Below the pieces are notes generated by a model. The model saw only the letters and a list, made by a program, of their open reading frames with translations. It had not been told where the DNA came from and did not search any database. A DNA stretch of 64,000 nt from Euglena gracilis (Eukaryota). The first letter of the stretch is position 1, and every line of letters starts with the position of its first letter. This document shows positions 37,701 through 49,965 of the stretch, one piece after another. The position numbers were made by a program, and so were the translations under genes. Location: assembly GCA_039621445.1 (NCBI GenBank), contig CP154954.1, positions 3,229,715-3,293,714 on the forward strand, written 5' to 3'.

Positions 37701-40700
37701 GGGTACACCGACCAACCACAGTACCGCACGAGGAAAAGAGGCAGGTCGCACCACCGGCCACCAAATCAACGCATGGCATCCCATTGGGATTCAGTTCTCA
37801 TAAACCCCCCTCAAAAACAAGACCCGGGTCTTATTTTTGGGTCCGTTGCTGGAAGCCTCTAGGGGAGGTCTTATTTGGGGGGGGGGGGTTGCTTTATCGA
37901 CATGGGACCGAAAAAAAAAACCATTTTTCAGGTTACAAAGAACACAAATATGTTTCTTCGGCGCTTTGCGCCATGTGTAAATTGGTGTAAATTGACATTT
38001 ACCATGTTTTTTTGCACTTCAAAAATCTGAAATTTTTTGAAATTTCATCATTTCTGTGTATGAAATTGTGATTTTTTGTAACTTTTCGGGAAAAATTTTC
38101 ACCGTCCCCGGCGCTTCGCGCCGTCAGGGGGGTCTTATTTATGGGGGGTCTTATTTTTGGATTTTTGCTTGATCAGCCCAGGGGGGTCTTATTTTTGGGG
38201 GGGTCTTATTTTGGGGGGGGGGGGTTAGTCAAAACACAAAGTCTTGAGTTTCACAACCGAAATCCGACAAACTCCCATTTGACACGTTAGATGCTCACTA
38301 TGGAATGCCCTTGGTGGTCCGGGGGATACAAAAAAAATAAAAACAATACAAATAAAAATGTAATAAAAAATTGTAAAATAATAATAATACTCGCATGGCG
38401 GGGTGTCCCACAGGAGGAGATGGGCGCCGCCGCGCGGGGGCTCCCAGTCACGGTCGCGGCGGTCGGGACCACCATACGACCCGCGGTCGTTGTAGCGCGC
38501 GCCGCCGTACGACCCGCGGTCGTTGTAGCCGCCGCGGGGCTGCCAGCCGCGGTCCTGGTAGTCCCGGCCGCCGCCGTAGCGCTGGTCCCTGCGCGGCGAC
38601 AGCGGCGTGGCCACCGCGCCATAGTCAGTCAGGCAGGAATCAACCCCCCCCCCCCCCGAATAGTGGTCCCTGCCCCGCTACCGTTAGTAGCTCCGGGGCT
38701 GAATTTGACCAACCGCAGGGGGGAATGGGGTCTCCGAGTGCCCTGGAGTGCCTGGGCAGGCGATGCCTCCCTGGCTGTGGGAGCATGGCGTGGCATAAAA
38801 AAGGGCCCTCATCCGGACTTTTGGTGCCGGAGTAAGCTCTCGCTTTCGTGCCTTTGGTACTTTTGGTCGTGTGCCCTGCCCCTGGGTGGGGGTTGGATCC
38901 AGACACACCCCCATGGTTGGGGTCAGGCCCACCTTCCAACCCTGTACAGCCCCCCTGGGGATATTGACTCAAATGCCGATCAGTAGCTCCCCCCCCTCCC
39001 CTGTGCAGAGGACAAACTTGACTAAAGCTCGTGCATGCACCTGATAGAAGCCCCACCCCGGAGAACTTGACCAACGCGCATGGCAGTAGCCCAATCAGGT
39101 GGCCGTTCCCGCCGGCAATCATCGAGGAACAGGACCCGCACCAGACACACCGATCGTCCCGCCCGCCGTAGCGGGCCCCGCGGTCCCGGTCCTCGCGGCG
39201 GTCGTCCCAGCGGTTGTCGGGGCGGTCGCGGCGGTCGTAGCCGTAGCGGTCCTGGTCGTAGCCGTAGCGATCCCGGGGGGGCCCGCGGGGGGCCGGCCGG
39301 CCAAGGTACTCGTCCCGAGGGGGGCCGCGGGAGGCGAACTGCGCGGAAAGGCGCCGCGGTGCAGGCGTGCAGCCATTCATGGGAAATCTGGTACTGCTTT
39401 GGGCTTTTGGCAATGCTTTGCTATCATTCCAGGTTGGTTCGACCCCCCGGGGGGGGGGGGCATGGTACTGGCCAGGGAATCGACCGCTGACCCGGGCAAA
39501 GCCGCACAACTGCACAACGCGCACCGTGATGGGTGGCCCCTGCCAGCCGCTGCTCGGGGCGCTGGGGGCGGAGGGCGCCTGCCAGGCGTTGAGGATGGCC
39601 GGGTCCGGCGGCTGCGCCGTCTGCTTCTGCACCGCGTCGAACACCGTCAGGTCCTGCAGGCCCGAGCCAACTCAGGGTGAACCCCCCAAAACGAACATTC
39701 CCCCCTTCGATGTTCAGCAAAAATGCAAAACCAGACACCCCCCAAAACAAGAACCCCTCGGGATTTTCGGGGAAAACCCAAAAATATTACCCTCCCCCCC
39801 TGTAAAACTGTGAAAATGCCCCCCAAATAGGTGATTTTTGACATTTTTCATTTTGCTCATTTTTGCATCCATTAAATTGGCATTTCTTGCGACACTTTTT
39901 ACTCGTTGCCAAAAAATCGCTCTTTTCAAACAGATTTTTGTACCCTCCCGCAGGAAGACTGAAGACTTTGCAGTCGAATAATTCAGCGAAAATCCAAAAA
40001 GAAAACCTTGAAGTTTCAGCAGTGGACCCAAAGAGTAAGGGCCTAATTGGGCTAGCTACTGCCCACTCGTGGCACAGGGTGGATGGCCCAACAGGGGATG
40101 ACACCCCCCCGCGGGCTGACCTGTTGGGCCATCCACCCTGTGCCACGAGTGGGCAGTAGCTGCCACTGGGGAATTCACAGCCAAAGGAAAAAGAAGGCAC
40201 CAAAAATAACACGCCTTTTTCTGTGTCGATGGTTTACTTTTTGCTGTTTAAAAAAAAAGTTCCAACCCGTGATTTTTGCACTTTTGAGGCGATTACTTCA
40301 TACACTTGCAAAAACGCAATTGCCCAGTCAAAGAAAACATGACCAAATTCACAAAAAAGAGCAATGAAAAATTTTAATTAAAGAATGAAAAAATTTGGGC
40401 TGGTGTTGTTTCACAGCAATAAAAAGTGGAGAGTAACAAAAAAACACAAAATTTTCCAGAGCCAAACTACCGGGGGGGGGGAAATTGAAGCTAGATAAAA
40501 TTAGACCCGACAAAATTGGAAGCCGAAAAAATTGGTGCCAAACCTGAAAACTGCCCGGAAAAAATTGGCAGGTTTTGTTTGCAAGATGACTGGAAAAAAG
40601 GTGATTTTGAAAATTTTGAGGCAGGATTTTCAAAAAAGGTCCGGAAAAATTTGGCAGGATTTCTGTACGCCAATTTTTCCCAATCAATTTTTTCAGCCTC

Positions 40701-43333
40701 CAATTCCCCCCCGGTAAAACGTATAGAAATGCACCTCCACACCCCCCACTCACCCAATGATATTGTTCAGTGAGTTATGCTTATCCACAGTTGGGGGTTT
40801 TTATTCTGCAGTTGTCGGTAATTATTTGCAGGTAGCCGCAAATGCAAAAAATACCGGTATTGAGGGCAAAGCATCCAAAAAAAATGTTGAAGAACAAGGA
40901 ATAATAATAGATGTAATGGAAATAATATAACATTAAAAGAATAATAAGTATTGATGGAAACATATTGGGAAGGTTAGATTGAGAGAAATGCAACTTCTGA
41001 AAATGTCTGAACTTACCAAATACCCAGATAGAAAAAGGAATATGACCTCCATCCAACCCAGGTGAATGCTCCCTTGGTAAAAAAAACATGTCCACCATGC
41101 CAGACCGCAATGACCATGCCAGACCGCAATGACCAGCTGTTATCCACAGTTGTTTGTACCTGGAGGTTTCAGGCTAATCCGTCGTTATCCGTAATGATCC
41201 GTATCCTGATGTGCACAAATGCTTGGATTACCCCCCCCCTATGTCCAATGACCGGCAACCTCTGCCCTCTGACCGGGGGGGGGTGGTCGTTGGACATAGG
41301 GTAGTGACCAAAAAGGTGTCCTCTGACCGGGGGGGGGGGGTGGTCGTTGGACATGGGGTCGAAAGAAAGTTGGTGGGTACCCGGGTCCCTACCCACCCAA
41401 AAATGCAAAAAAATTCCCTTCCGGCGCTTTGCGCCGAAAATTTTGGGCAATTTTGACAAATTTTTGTCCAAAAAGTGACAAAAATGGCATTTTGGCCACA
41501 CGCCGGGACGAAAAATTTGGTCAAACCTCCGAAAAGGTGTCCTCTGACCGGGGGGGGGTCATTGGAAATAGGGGGGGGGTAACACCAACCAGCTGGCTGA
41601 AGCTGCCACCGGTGCTGGATGTCGTCTGGCATTGGGAAATGTAGGTCTGCTTGAGGAAATTGGCACTGCGACTTGTAGTTGTTAACTTCCCACCCCCAGC
41701 ACGGGGGAAAGGAGTACCTTGATGTCGGAGCCCCGGAAGATGATGAACTCGTACAGCTGGTCCGCTGGGGGGATCTGGGGCCCCTCCTTCTTGCGCCCTG
41801 TGTCAGAGACGAGTGCACACGGCCGTGTTTTTGGTCTTCATTTCTTAAAAACTCAAAAATTTTTCTTAAAAACTCAAACCGCAAACGTTTCTCCTTTTTG
41901 GGGTCCGTTTCTCGCAACAGCTGAGGCAACCAAAATGGACCTGAGCCTCCCAAAAATGGAGGGGTTCTTTTTGCTCGGTCGGCCCAAAGGAGAGCTTGGG
42001 TTCAGTGTCCTGCGAATGCGCCACAACTTTATTGCAACTGTTCACAATCCCGACCCATCGGGAAAATTCACGTAAACAACATTCCGGGTTTGTAATATGG
42101 AAACTTTTGGGGTCCCCGATGCAGCTGAACTACCCCCCCCCCCCTAGTCGTATGACCGGGTTCCTGCAACCTGTGACCGGGGGGGGTGGTCATAACACCC
42201 CCATAACCTGCAACCTGTGACCGGGGGGTGGTCATAGATGAGGGGGTGGTCGTAGAAGCGTGTGAAAAGTGTCCCAAAATGGCATTTTTTACCCCCCCCA
42301 AAATGCCCCATTTTTCAAAAATCCGGCGCTTCGCGCCGGCAGGGGGAACCTTATTTTGGGGGGCCCACTTCATGGCATTTTGCACGGAACGGCCAGTGGG
42401 TGGACGTCATATGGGGGTTAAATTTTTTTCGCAACCGGCAACCTGTGACCAGGGGGGGTGGTCATAACACCCCCATGACCTGCAACCTGTGACCGGGGGG
42501 TGGTCATAGATGAGGGGTGGTCGTACGACTAGGGGGGGGGGGGGTACCTCGGGAACAGCAAAATCGTCCGGTATTGGCCAAAAGAATTCAGGCTGTCAGG
42601 TGACTGTTTCCCGGGTGGGGAGGGTTAGCACCGAGTCCTCCTCTTGTACCTCAAATATGAGAAACTGCCAAGTAACATCCACCCCCCCCCAAAATCCCGG
42701 TGCGCCTTTCGATGAAATTTGACTCAAAAATAAAAGAGTTAAATCTTTATTTTCTGAGATTTTTTTGTGCTTGCATTGCAAAGAGGCTGGGTTCGGACAC
42801 TCTCTGGCGTCACCCCCCCCCCCTTTGTCCAATTACCGATTACCTCTGTCCTTCGAGCAGGGGGCGGTCGTTGGACAACGGGTTAAAAAAATTGGCGGGC
42901 ACCTGGGACCCTACCTCACAAAAAAGGTCAAATCTTTTTTTACGGAGTTTCGCGCCTTGGACAATTTCAACAAATTTTTGCCAAAAAGTGTCAAAAATGG
43001 CATTTTGGCCAATTTTTTAGCTGATTTTGATGGCAAAACATTTCGGCCCGGCGCTTTGTGCTGGGCCAAAAATTCGGACAAACCTCCGAAAAGGTGTCAT
43101 CCGACTGGGGGGGGGGGTTGGTCGTTGGACATAGGGGGGGTTACTTTGAGATCGGCACAGCGGACAGCATCGGAAACATTCGGGGTGGAACCTTCGGTGC
43201 CAAACATGCGGACGTTCCGCAGCGCGACGGTGTTCTCATCCGGGTTGATGCTGTAGAGGAAGCCCTCGTAGCGGATCTCGCTCTTGCTGATGAGGCTGAT
43301 GCGGCTGCCCTGGAGGCCTCCGATGCCGGCCAT
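31780..43333 (-). CDS. LSM14: Lsm14/Scd6 (RAP55/Trailer hitch family) mRNA decapping activator and translational repressor, 12 exons, about 462 aa
   Basis: Exons in minus-strand order: 43192-43333, 41718-41797, 39525-39653, 39151-39338, 38426-38588, 37336-37424, 36531-36659, 36049-36175, 35664-35747, 34064-34147, 32400-32474, 31780-31879. All junctions are phase-compatible. The translation shows an LSm14 domain ([21 protein letters not shown]...VRMFGTEGR...[23 protein letters not shown]), an RG/RD/YG-rich middle, an FDF-like box ([13 protein letters not shown]), an FFD box ([14 protein letters not shown]), a TFG box (QLDRETFG) and an RG/G-rich tail. Eight introns are GT-AG; introns 5, 6 and 11 are non-canonical, and the ends of 5 and 6 are uncertain by a few nt. 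One extra base at 31823-31825 shifts the last exon in this copy. Confidence 0.93.
31880..32399 (-). other. Euglenid-type nonconventional intron (Lsm14 intron 11); duplicate at 4861-5380
   Basis: Junctions TTC|AACCAGAC...GCCTGGCGTC|GGG: CAG at +4..+6, CTG at -8..-6, pyrimidine|purine at both junctions, no GT or AG. Removal joins the TFG exon in frame to an RG/YG-rich terminal exon. Confidence 0.8.
36660..37335 (-). other. Probable intermediate/nonconventional intron (Lsm14 intron 6); duplicate at ~9635-10311
   Basis: GA|GTTCAGTAG...CTGCTGAACCGG|G. GT start with CAG at +4..+6 and a 9-bp terminal stem (GTTCAGTAG/CTGCTGAAC); non-AG 3' end. An in-frame TGA just upstream of exon 7 forces the acceptor into this window. 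Confidence 0.55.
37459..37635. mobile_element. CAG...CTG-ended MITE with perfect 8-bp TSD, inside Lsm14 intron 5
   Basis: CAGGCTGTTTTT...AAAATACAGCCTG flanked on both sides by TTCTGGAC. Confidence 0.88.
37803..38226. mobile_element. AACCCC...GGGGTT-ended element in Lsm14 intron 5
   Basis: CCCCCCTCAAAAACAAGACCC at left, repeated GGGTCTTATTTTGGGG at right. Confidence 0.65.
41231..41579. mobile_element. Poly-C/poly-G-ended MITE family A, TA TSD
   Basis: TA|CCCCCCCCCTATGTCCAATGACC...GGTCATTGGAAATAGGGGGGGGG|TA; homologous copies at 42813-43140, 47801-51135 and 62235-62648. Confidence 0.88.
42133..42544. mobile_element. Poly-C/poly-G-ended MITE family C, TA TSD
   Basis: TA|CCCCCCCCCCCCTAGTCGTATGACC...GGTCGTACGACTAGGGGGG|TA; internal direct repeats of gcaacctgtgaccggggggtggtcata. 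Confidence 0.88.
42813..43140. mobile_element. MITE family A, diverged copy in Lsm14 intron 1
   Basis: Colinear with 41231-41579; ends GTCGTTGGACATAGGGGGGG. Confidence 0.8.
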
Positions 43334-43339
43334 GGCAAG

Positions 43340-43380
43340 ATCGAACAGGAACGCTGCGAGGAACGGGACGTCACTTGTTT
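43340..43380 (-). promoter_or_regulatory. Candidate spliced-leader trans-splice (or 5'UTR intron) acceptor upstream of the Lsm14 ATG
   Basis: Pyrimidine-rich tcccgttcctcgcAG ends at 43354, 20 nt upstream of the ATG at 43333. SL trans-splicing is established for Euglenozoa; use of this site is inference. Confidence 0.35.
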
Positions 43381-45468
43381 GGAAGAACGTGATGTGTGCA
43401 TAGTGTGATGTATGTGGGCCATGGTGTGATGTATGGGTCCAACACACGTCCAGGTGTAAACAGCAAAAAATACAATAACATCACCTTTGGTCTTTTGGAA
43501 ATGAACAAAAATTTTAGAAAAATGACGGGAAAAAAATTGCAAATGGTTTGGTTCGAAAAAGCCTGGTTTCAAATGCGAATATTTCTAACATGAAAAAATT
43601 TCCTGGCAGAACACAAAATTCCAGAAGAAAAGAACAAAGAGAAAAAAGAGAAGCACAAAATTGAGAAAATTTGCCCAAGAAACACAAAAAAAAGAGAGAA
43701 ACAGTGCTTGCGCCACCCCCCTATTTTTCGATACTGTGAAAAATCATCTACTGCACAATTTCAGCCGCCAAACAGAGCCACCTCTCCAACCACTTCCTCG
43801 CCATGGGGAATACCAGGCCCCCATCACCGGAGAATTTTCTTTAAAAAGAAGAATCTAAATGTAGCCCAAATTATGAGGGTGCTTGTTTGCACAGCAGCTG
43901 CCCCCCCCCAGTAAGAAAATGGTTTCGGACAGTTTCGAGTGCACGATAGGGGAGGAAGCCCCATACGGCCCGATTGGCGAATGCAGGCCTGCCAGCCTGC
44001 AGGTCTGGGGCGGGGGGGGGGGGGGGGCGAACTGCCCTGCTGCCACCCGAGAAACCCCCAAGTTTAGGCAAGAAGGTTCAAAATAATTTTGGAGGCACGG
44101 GACAGAAAAAATGAATCAGTCAGTTATTCGGCACATGGCCAAAATACCTGGTACGCAAACTGGTGGGTGCTGAGAGGAGTCAAGCCAGAAGTTTTTTCAG
44201 GGCGGCGGGGGTGCCCGCGCACCCACCTTCAAAGGGCAGGGGGTGCTCTGAGGGGGGTACCTACTTTGGGGTGCAAAATTTGGATTTTTTTCCGGCACTT
44301 TGGACCGAAAAAATAGAGGGATACCCAGCCTATGAGGCACAGGGTGATGACGACGGCGGTGGAGCCACCACACCACACCCCACGCCACCTCAACCTTCGA
44401 CCAAAGAAAAACCCACCGCAAAATAGGCTAGCCGGGCTAACAGCACCCCTCCCCCCCGGGGTGCCGCTGTGGCTGGTCTGGGCCAAAATCGGCGCTGGCT
44501 GCAGCAGCCCTGGGGTCTGCAAAACCTTAAACAGATGTTGGGCTGCGTACCGAGGTGGTAATTAGGTTTTTGATGGGGCTTGGCGTTGCTGCCTTGCAAG
44601 CCAGCTGGTATTAGATCAGCTGCTCCCAAGGAGGAGCCTTAGTGGACTGCCCAACATGACAGATCAGCCGGTTCGGGTCCAATGTGAGAGCTTCCGGGGG
44701 GGGGGGGGATGAGGAAAGTTCGAAATCCGCGTTAATGCCTAAAATCTCAGGGTTTTTTTTCAGAGATTGTTTGTTATTTAAAACCGGAACCTCCAAATTG
44801 TGCACAGGGACCGTGATTGGGCTCTGTGGTTCGGTTTCGGGGGTGGGAATTTCGACCCCTACATGGGATCATGCCCACCTGATGCCAGGGCGCTAATCTG
44901 GGGGTGCTTTATGGAATGGGTGGTTCAGCAGAAAATTGCCCACAAGCAATGGGGGGGGGAGGCGTCCCCTGCTCTTGGACTGGGAGGCTGGCACCCCCCC
45001 AATCTAGTGATTCGCCCTCTGCGGGTGTAAAAAGGAGGCCTGAGATCCGGGGAGAGAAATTTTGAGCATTTTTGTGCGAAAACAGTGTGAAAAGGAGGTT
45101 TCTTACGCTCTCACACTGCTGAATAGGGGTAAAAACCAACAAAAGCCGCATGCAGAACTTTGGCAATAACATCTGCCTTTGTCCCTGGACCTCTTCTGCC
45201 CTAACCGACGATGTCCACAAGGCTAGTTAGTAAACATTGGTAAGGAACAGTTTCCCATAATTTTTACAGAAGGTGGCTCCCTCCCGCATTAATGAGACAC
45301 ACAAAGCGCCGTGGCAGAATGGGTGGCAACGGGACAGCGGTCACGATTGGTTTGGCATGCAGGGTGAATGGATGGAGAGTGCAGGGCGGTGCTGTCGCAG
45401 AGCATGGGGTGCAGCTCAATGAGCGCCGCTCCGGGAATGGGGCGACGTGCTGGAAGAAATCTCACATA

Positions 45469-46438
45469 ACCCCCCCAAATAACACCCCCCGGTGTGTTTT
45501 TTGGGCACCCGAATGGGACCCCGGGGGGGGGTGTTATTTGGGGGGGTGTTATTTTTACATGGAAAACAGGAGGGGGTGTTAAACCCCCCCAAAAACACCC
45601 CCCCAAATAATACCCCCCCCTCTTGGGGTCTAACTTCGGCCGCCGAAATAATACCCCCCCCCCTCGGTCTCGGGCCGAAGGCCCCATTCAGGCTTCTTTT
45701 TAAGACCCTGGGGGGGGGAGGGGGGTCCCCCCCACCCACCCAGGGTGGCGCGGGACCCCCCCCGGGGGGGGGACCCCCCAAAATCGGGCCCGCTAAAGGC
45801 AATTTTCAAAAATTTTCGGCGCTTCGCGCCGAAAAGGTATACCCGGCGCCTCCGGCGCGGGACCCCCCCCACCGGGGGTCCGGCCCGGACACAACCCCTC
45901 CGGGGGGGGGGGGGGGGTCAGGTGTCTTAAAAAGAAGCCTGGCCCGGATTTTAACCTGAAAATGTAGGTAAAAATCACAATCTCTGACAACAAATTACGA
46001 AAAAAAAATCAATTTTTCTGGATCATCTGACCTCCAAAAAATGGTAAATTTCACAAGAAAGTGCAAAAAAAATGACCCCAAAGGGGGTTTTGGGTGCCAT
46101 TTTCGGTTTTACGGGACTTCGAAAAATTTCGAAAATTTTGGAAAAATAATACCCCCCCCCAAAATAATACCCCCCCTCGGGCCGGAACTTCGGGCGAAAA
46201 AATAAATACCCGGGGGGGAATTATTTGGGGGGGGGGTTATTTGGGCGCGCGAAATCGGCCCCCGAGGGGGGGGCGTTATTTGGGGGGAGTTATTTGGGGG
46301 GGTGTTATTTGGGGGAGTATTATTGGGGGGGGGGGTGTTATTTGGGGGTGTTATTTGGGGGGTGTTATTTGGGGGTGTTATTTGGGGGGCTGTCGTTTGG
46401 GGGGGGTGTTATTTGGGGGGGTGTTATTTGGGGGGGTT
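45469..46438. mobile_element. ACCCC...GGGGTT-ended element with (GGGGGTGTTATTT)n subterminal arrays
   Basis: CCCCCCAAATAACACCCC repeats at left, inverted GGGGTGTTATTTGGGG repeats at right, TA on both flanks. Similar architecture at 7190-7573, 37803-38226 and 61155-61568. Confidence 0.75.
45689..45941. mobile_element. CAG...CTG-ended MITE nested in the 45469-46438 element
   Basis: 18-bp TIR CAGGCTTCTTTTTAAGAC / GTCTTAAAAAGAAGCCTG; degenerate TSD GCCCCATT / GCCCGGATT. Confidence 0.8.
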
Positions 46439-47447
46439 TACTTGATTCTTGTGCTTGACCATCCACACCTCCCCCTTAGTTGCACTGAGGCTTCTTGTCT
46501 GTTTATGGCCGCGGTAACTTCGCTTCTGGACCAGTTTGTGTGGTGAGTGGACCCCTTGCACCAGTGCTCTTGTGTTGCTCCCCCAGCTGGTGAGCAACTC
46601 TGGTGTGATTCCAGCGCTGTGAGGACATACACGCACCTTGGGTGGTTGCCAGGGCGGTCCCTAAGCAAAAAAAAAATCCTGTCCCCATACACTTCAACCG
46701 AAAAATAAGGAAAAGGGGATTTTGGCCAGGGAAAATTTTGAAAATTATTTTGAAAAATGAACCCAAAATACACAATTTTTTTGATGGAAAACCACATTTT
46801 CCCCAAAAAAAACTCAAAATTTTAGAGTTGAAAATTGTTAGTTTTTAGGAGGGCGTTCAAAAAAATGCAGGTCAAAAAAAAGGGACCAAATTTTGGAACA
46901 TTCAAACTCTTGGAAATTTTTTGGATTTTCAATGGCTTTTTTTGCTTCAAAAAACTCTCAAACCCAAATTTTTGAGAAAATATTCAATTTTTGGAAGGTG
47001 TGAAAAAATGGGGTTTTGAGGGGTTTTTGGGGAGACCTCTCATATGGGTCCCAAAATGGGTCAAAAAAAAAGTTGGTGGCCGAAGGCGCCGGAAAAATTT
47101 TTCGGGTCCAATTTTTCGGGTTTCTGTGTATTGGGGGGGGGGGCGGTCCTTAAGGGGCGGTCCTTAACTAAAAAAAAATCCCGTCCCTTATGGCCCGCCC
47201 TGGTGGTTGGTGTGGTTGGTGGATTTATACCCTTGCACCTCCCACCCTCCCACCCCCACGTGGCAATAGAAATGACAGGGGTGCAACAAACTACGCACAA
47301 AAAGGTGGTGATGGACAGGCTCCTTTTTCACAATCCCGAAGGGGGGGCAGGTGCCTTGTTCTCTGGGAGATCTGTATGGGTCCTAGCTCTTCTGTTCCCT
47401 AGAAAATGACCTTTTTCTGGCTCTCAGTGCCTTTTCTGCCTGGGGGT

Positions 47448-47719
47448 CAGGGGTTTTTTTAAGACCGGGGGGAGGGGGGGGTCCCCCCACCCACCCACCC
47501 CCTGGGGGGGCCCCCCTGGGGGGGGGTCCGGGGGACCCACAAAAAATGGCCGAAAAATCGCAAAAAGTGCTAAAAATAGATTTTTTCGGCGCCTGCGGCG
47601 CCGAAAACTATATCCCACCCCCCTCCGGGGGGGACCCCCCCGGGGGGGAGGGGGTCCGGCGGACCCACCCACCCTACCCCCCCCTCCCCCCCGGGGGTCC
47701 AAACTTAAAAAAATCCCTG
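47448..47719. mobile_element. CAG...CTG-ended MITE with 8-bp TSD
   Basis: CAGGGGTTTTTTTAAG...CTTAAAAAAATCCCTG; flanks CTGGGGGT / CTGGGGGGT (one-base homopolymer difference). Confidence 0.82.
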
Positions 47720-48279
47720 CTGGGGGGTGTAACATGGCACTAATTCGAAAAATGCCTTCCCCTCCTCTGCCTGACCACGACACCCTGTCCCTCGACATTA
47801 CCCTCCCCTCTCCCCTATGTCCAACGACCGGTAACCTCTGTCCTCTGACCGGGGGGGGGGGGGGGCGGTCGTTCTTAGGCGGCCTAACTCGCACTTAGCT
47901 TTGAAAGTGACTGTAAATTTGCGCCAACGCGCAAATCCCAAAAAAAGTTTGGTTTTCGACCACCGTGGCCTGAGACTCGAGACAGTCTGAAAATAGTGTC
48001 TCCCTGCACCCGAGGGCCTGGGGACGAAACCAACGACTAGGAACTCCACGGTCCACGGGCACAGCGCTCCCAGGTCCCAGTGTGCATGAACACAAGGCGG
48101 CGGGTGATGAAACGAGGGTACTCCTCTTACTCATTTGCGCTTTGGCGCAAATTTTTGAAATTAAAAAAAAACCATTTGCGCTTTGGCGCAAATTTTTGAC
48201 TTTTTTGTAATTAAACACGTGGGTGACCACTGCCGCACTTGAACAATGATAACAACTTTTGAGTCAAGATGTGTTTCCA

Positions 48280-48676
48280 TTTGCGCCAAAGCGCAAGGGG
48301 TAGGCCCATGAAGGATGGAAATTTACGAGTTACCTTGCGCCAAAGCGCAAGTAGAAATACAATTTTTAAAATTGCAAAAGCAACATGGCTTGCGCCGAAG
48401 CGCAAATATAACTGTTTAAAACTTATCTCACAACGCAGGGAGAGAACGGCCCTGGTAGAGTAACAACACCAGAGGGGATGGAGCACAAAAATGTAGAACA
48501 GGGGGACGGAAGCCTACTCTCAGTCGCGTTGACTTAAAACTGGTCAACATTGCGCGTCGGCGCAAGAGCCACGTTGCTTTGACAATTTTAAAAGTGTATT
48601 TCTACTTGCGCTTTGGCGCAATACAACTCTTAAATTTCCATTCTTCATGAGCCTACCCATTGCGCTTTGGCGCAAC
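48280..48676. mobile_element. Older foldback element with ~130-bp inverted arms
   Basis: 48280-48410 is the imperfect reverse complement of 48550-48676, with three TTGCGCNNNNGCGCAA palindromes per arm. Confidence 0.7.
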
Positions 48677-49495
48677 AGCCATCAAGTTGTATTTTCCATT
48701 TTTATCACTGCGGGTGGAGAGAGCAGTCCTGGGAGCATCTCATCACCAGAGCGGACAGAGCTCAGATGGAGGGAAGCCTTGCCTGGGACAGGAAGCCAAC
48801 CACCTGGTCTGTGAAAACAACCACCAACTTCTTGATAGCCAGACGTGTCTTGTCCTATGCGTTGTAAACCCAACTTCCAGTGCCGGAGGTTCCTCCCACT
48901 TGCCTCGCAGTTAAGCGTGCCTGAGGGGCCCTTCTCTTTGGCCGACTTTTAAAAGTCGGAAAAATTCTGTTTGGAAAAGAACAGGTACCAGATAAACCCT
49001 GGGAATCACAGCCGAGGAAACAGTTTTAGGCGTCGAAAGGGTGTTTTAAAGAAGCTTGTCACCCCCCTTTCCTCGCCCAGGATTTGAAGCACAGAACTTT
49101 GGGGATGAGCGAATGGAATTGAGAAATTGAAAGCGCCCATCAACAACGGCGGAGAAGGGAAGACATGCTGACACGCCTTTTTTCGGTAATTTGCAACCCA
49201 CCAGACAGCCACATGCAACGAGGCAGATGGAGGCATTGTTCAGCAGAAAAAGCCTTTCTGTCAACGTCCCCAAAAACCCCACTTTGTGCACCGAGTGCAA
49301 GGTCACTGAGGCACCACAGCCTACCACCCACCATTCGTCTTATTGTAACAACCACTTCCTCCCCAGCACCTGAATAATTCAAAAGCACCAACCCAGCTTC
49401 TGGCACAGCAGCGCACAAACCCTCCTCACCATTCTCCCCTATCCCCCACCTTCTCACACAGCACGAATGCATTCAAATACATCTGCCATTTAAAA

Positions 49496-49965
49496 GGACA
49501 TTTGCGCTTAAGCGCAAATTTTTAGCTTGCGCTTAAGCGCAAATTAAAAATTTGCGCTTAAGCGCAAGCTAAAACAGAAGCCGCTGAGTTTGTGGGAGTC
49601 CCTCTGATGTGTTACGGTGTGTCGGGGGCCCCTCTCTGCATGGCCAGTGTACGGGCTTGGTGAGGAAATACATTTGCGCCGAAGCGCAAGGGACATGCCT
49701 ACATAATGCACTGCTTGTTCATCCACATTACACGTCAGCCGCGTGTTTGCACTTCTTAGTTTTTTGTATGATGGTTTGCGCTTCGGCGCAAGGTATTTCC
49801 TCACCAAGCCCGCACTCTGGCCATGCAGAGAGGGGCCCGACACACCGTAACACATCAGAGGGACTCCCACAAACTCAGCGGCTTCTGTTTTAGCTTGCGC
49901 TTAAGCGCAAATTTTTAATTTGCGCTTAAGTGCAAGCTAAAAATTTGCGCTTAAGCGCAAATGTC
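49496..49965. mobile_element. Foldback element with ~190-bp inverted arms
   Basis: GGACATTTGCGCTTAAGCGCAAA...TTTGCGCTTAAGCGCAAATGTCC; arms are near-perfect reverse complements around a short spacer. Confidence 0.88.

Larger units (their letters stand above)
27056..37758 (+). repeat. Copy 2 of the ~10.7 kb direct duplication
   Basis: Same sequence as 1-10740, with many identical ORF translations in the track; continues uninterrupted past 37758. Confidence 0.97.
37425..38425 (-). other. Probable nonconventional intron (Lsm14 intron 5)
   Basis: GGC|GCCCATCTCCTC...GGGGGGATGCCCTC|AAG. CATCTCCTC (from +4) pairs with GGGGGGATG (ending at -6), including G:U pairs; Y|R at both junctions; phase 0. 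An alternative weak GC-AG reading ends 3 nt further on. Confidence 0.6.

Noticed and set aside
38640-39644. 334-aa ORF as a single-exon gene
   Set aside because: It is Lsm14 exons 3 and 4 joined by an in-frame 186-nt intron, plus downstream intron sequence.
49496-49965. CRISPR-like array suggested by recurring palindromic 16-mers
   Set aside because: Irregular spacing, mirror-symmetric arms, no unique equal-length spacers, no cas genes, and a eukaryotic context.
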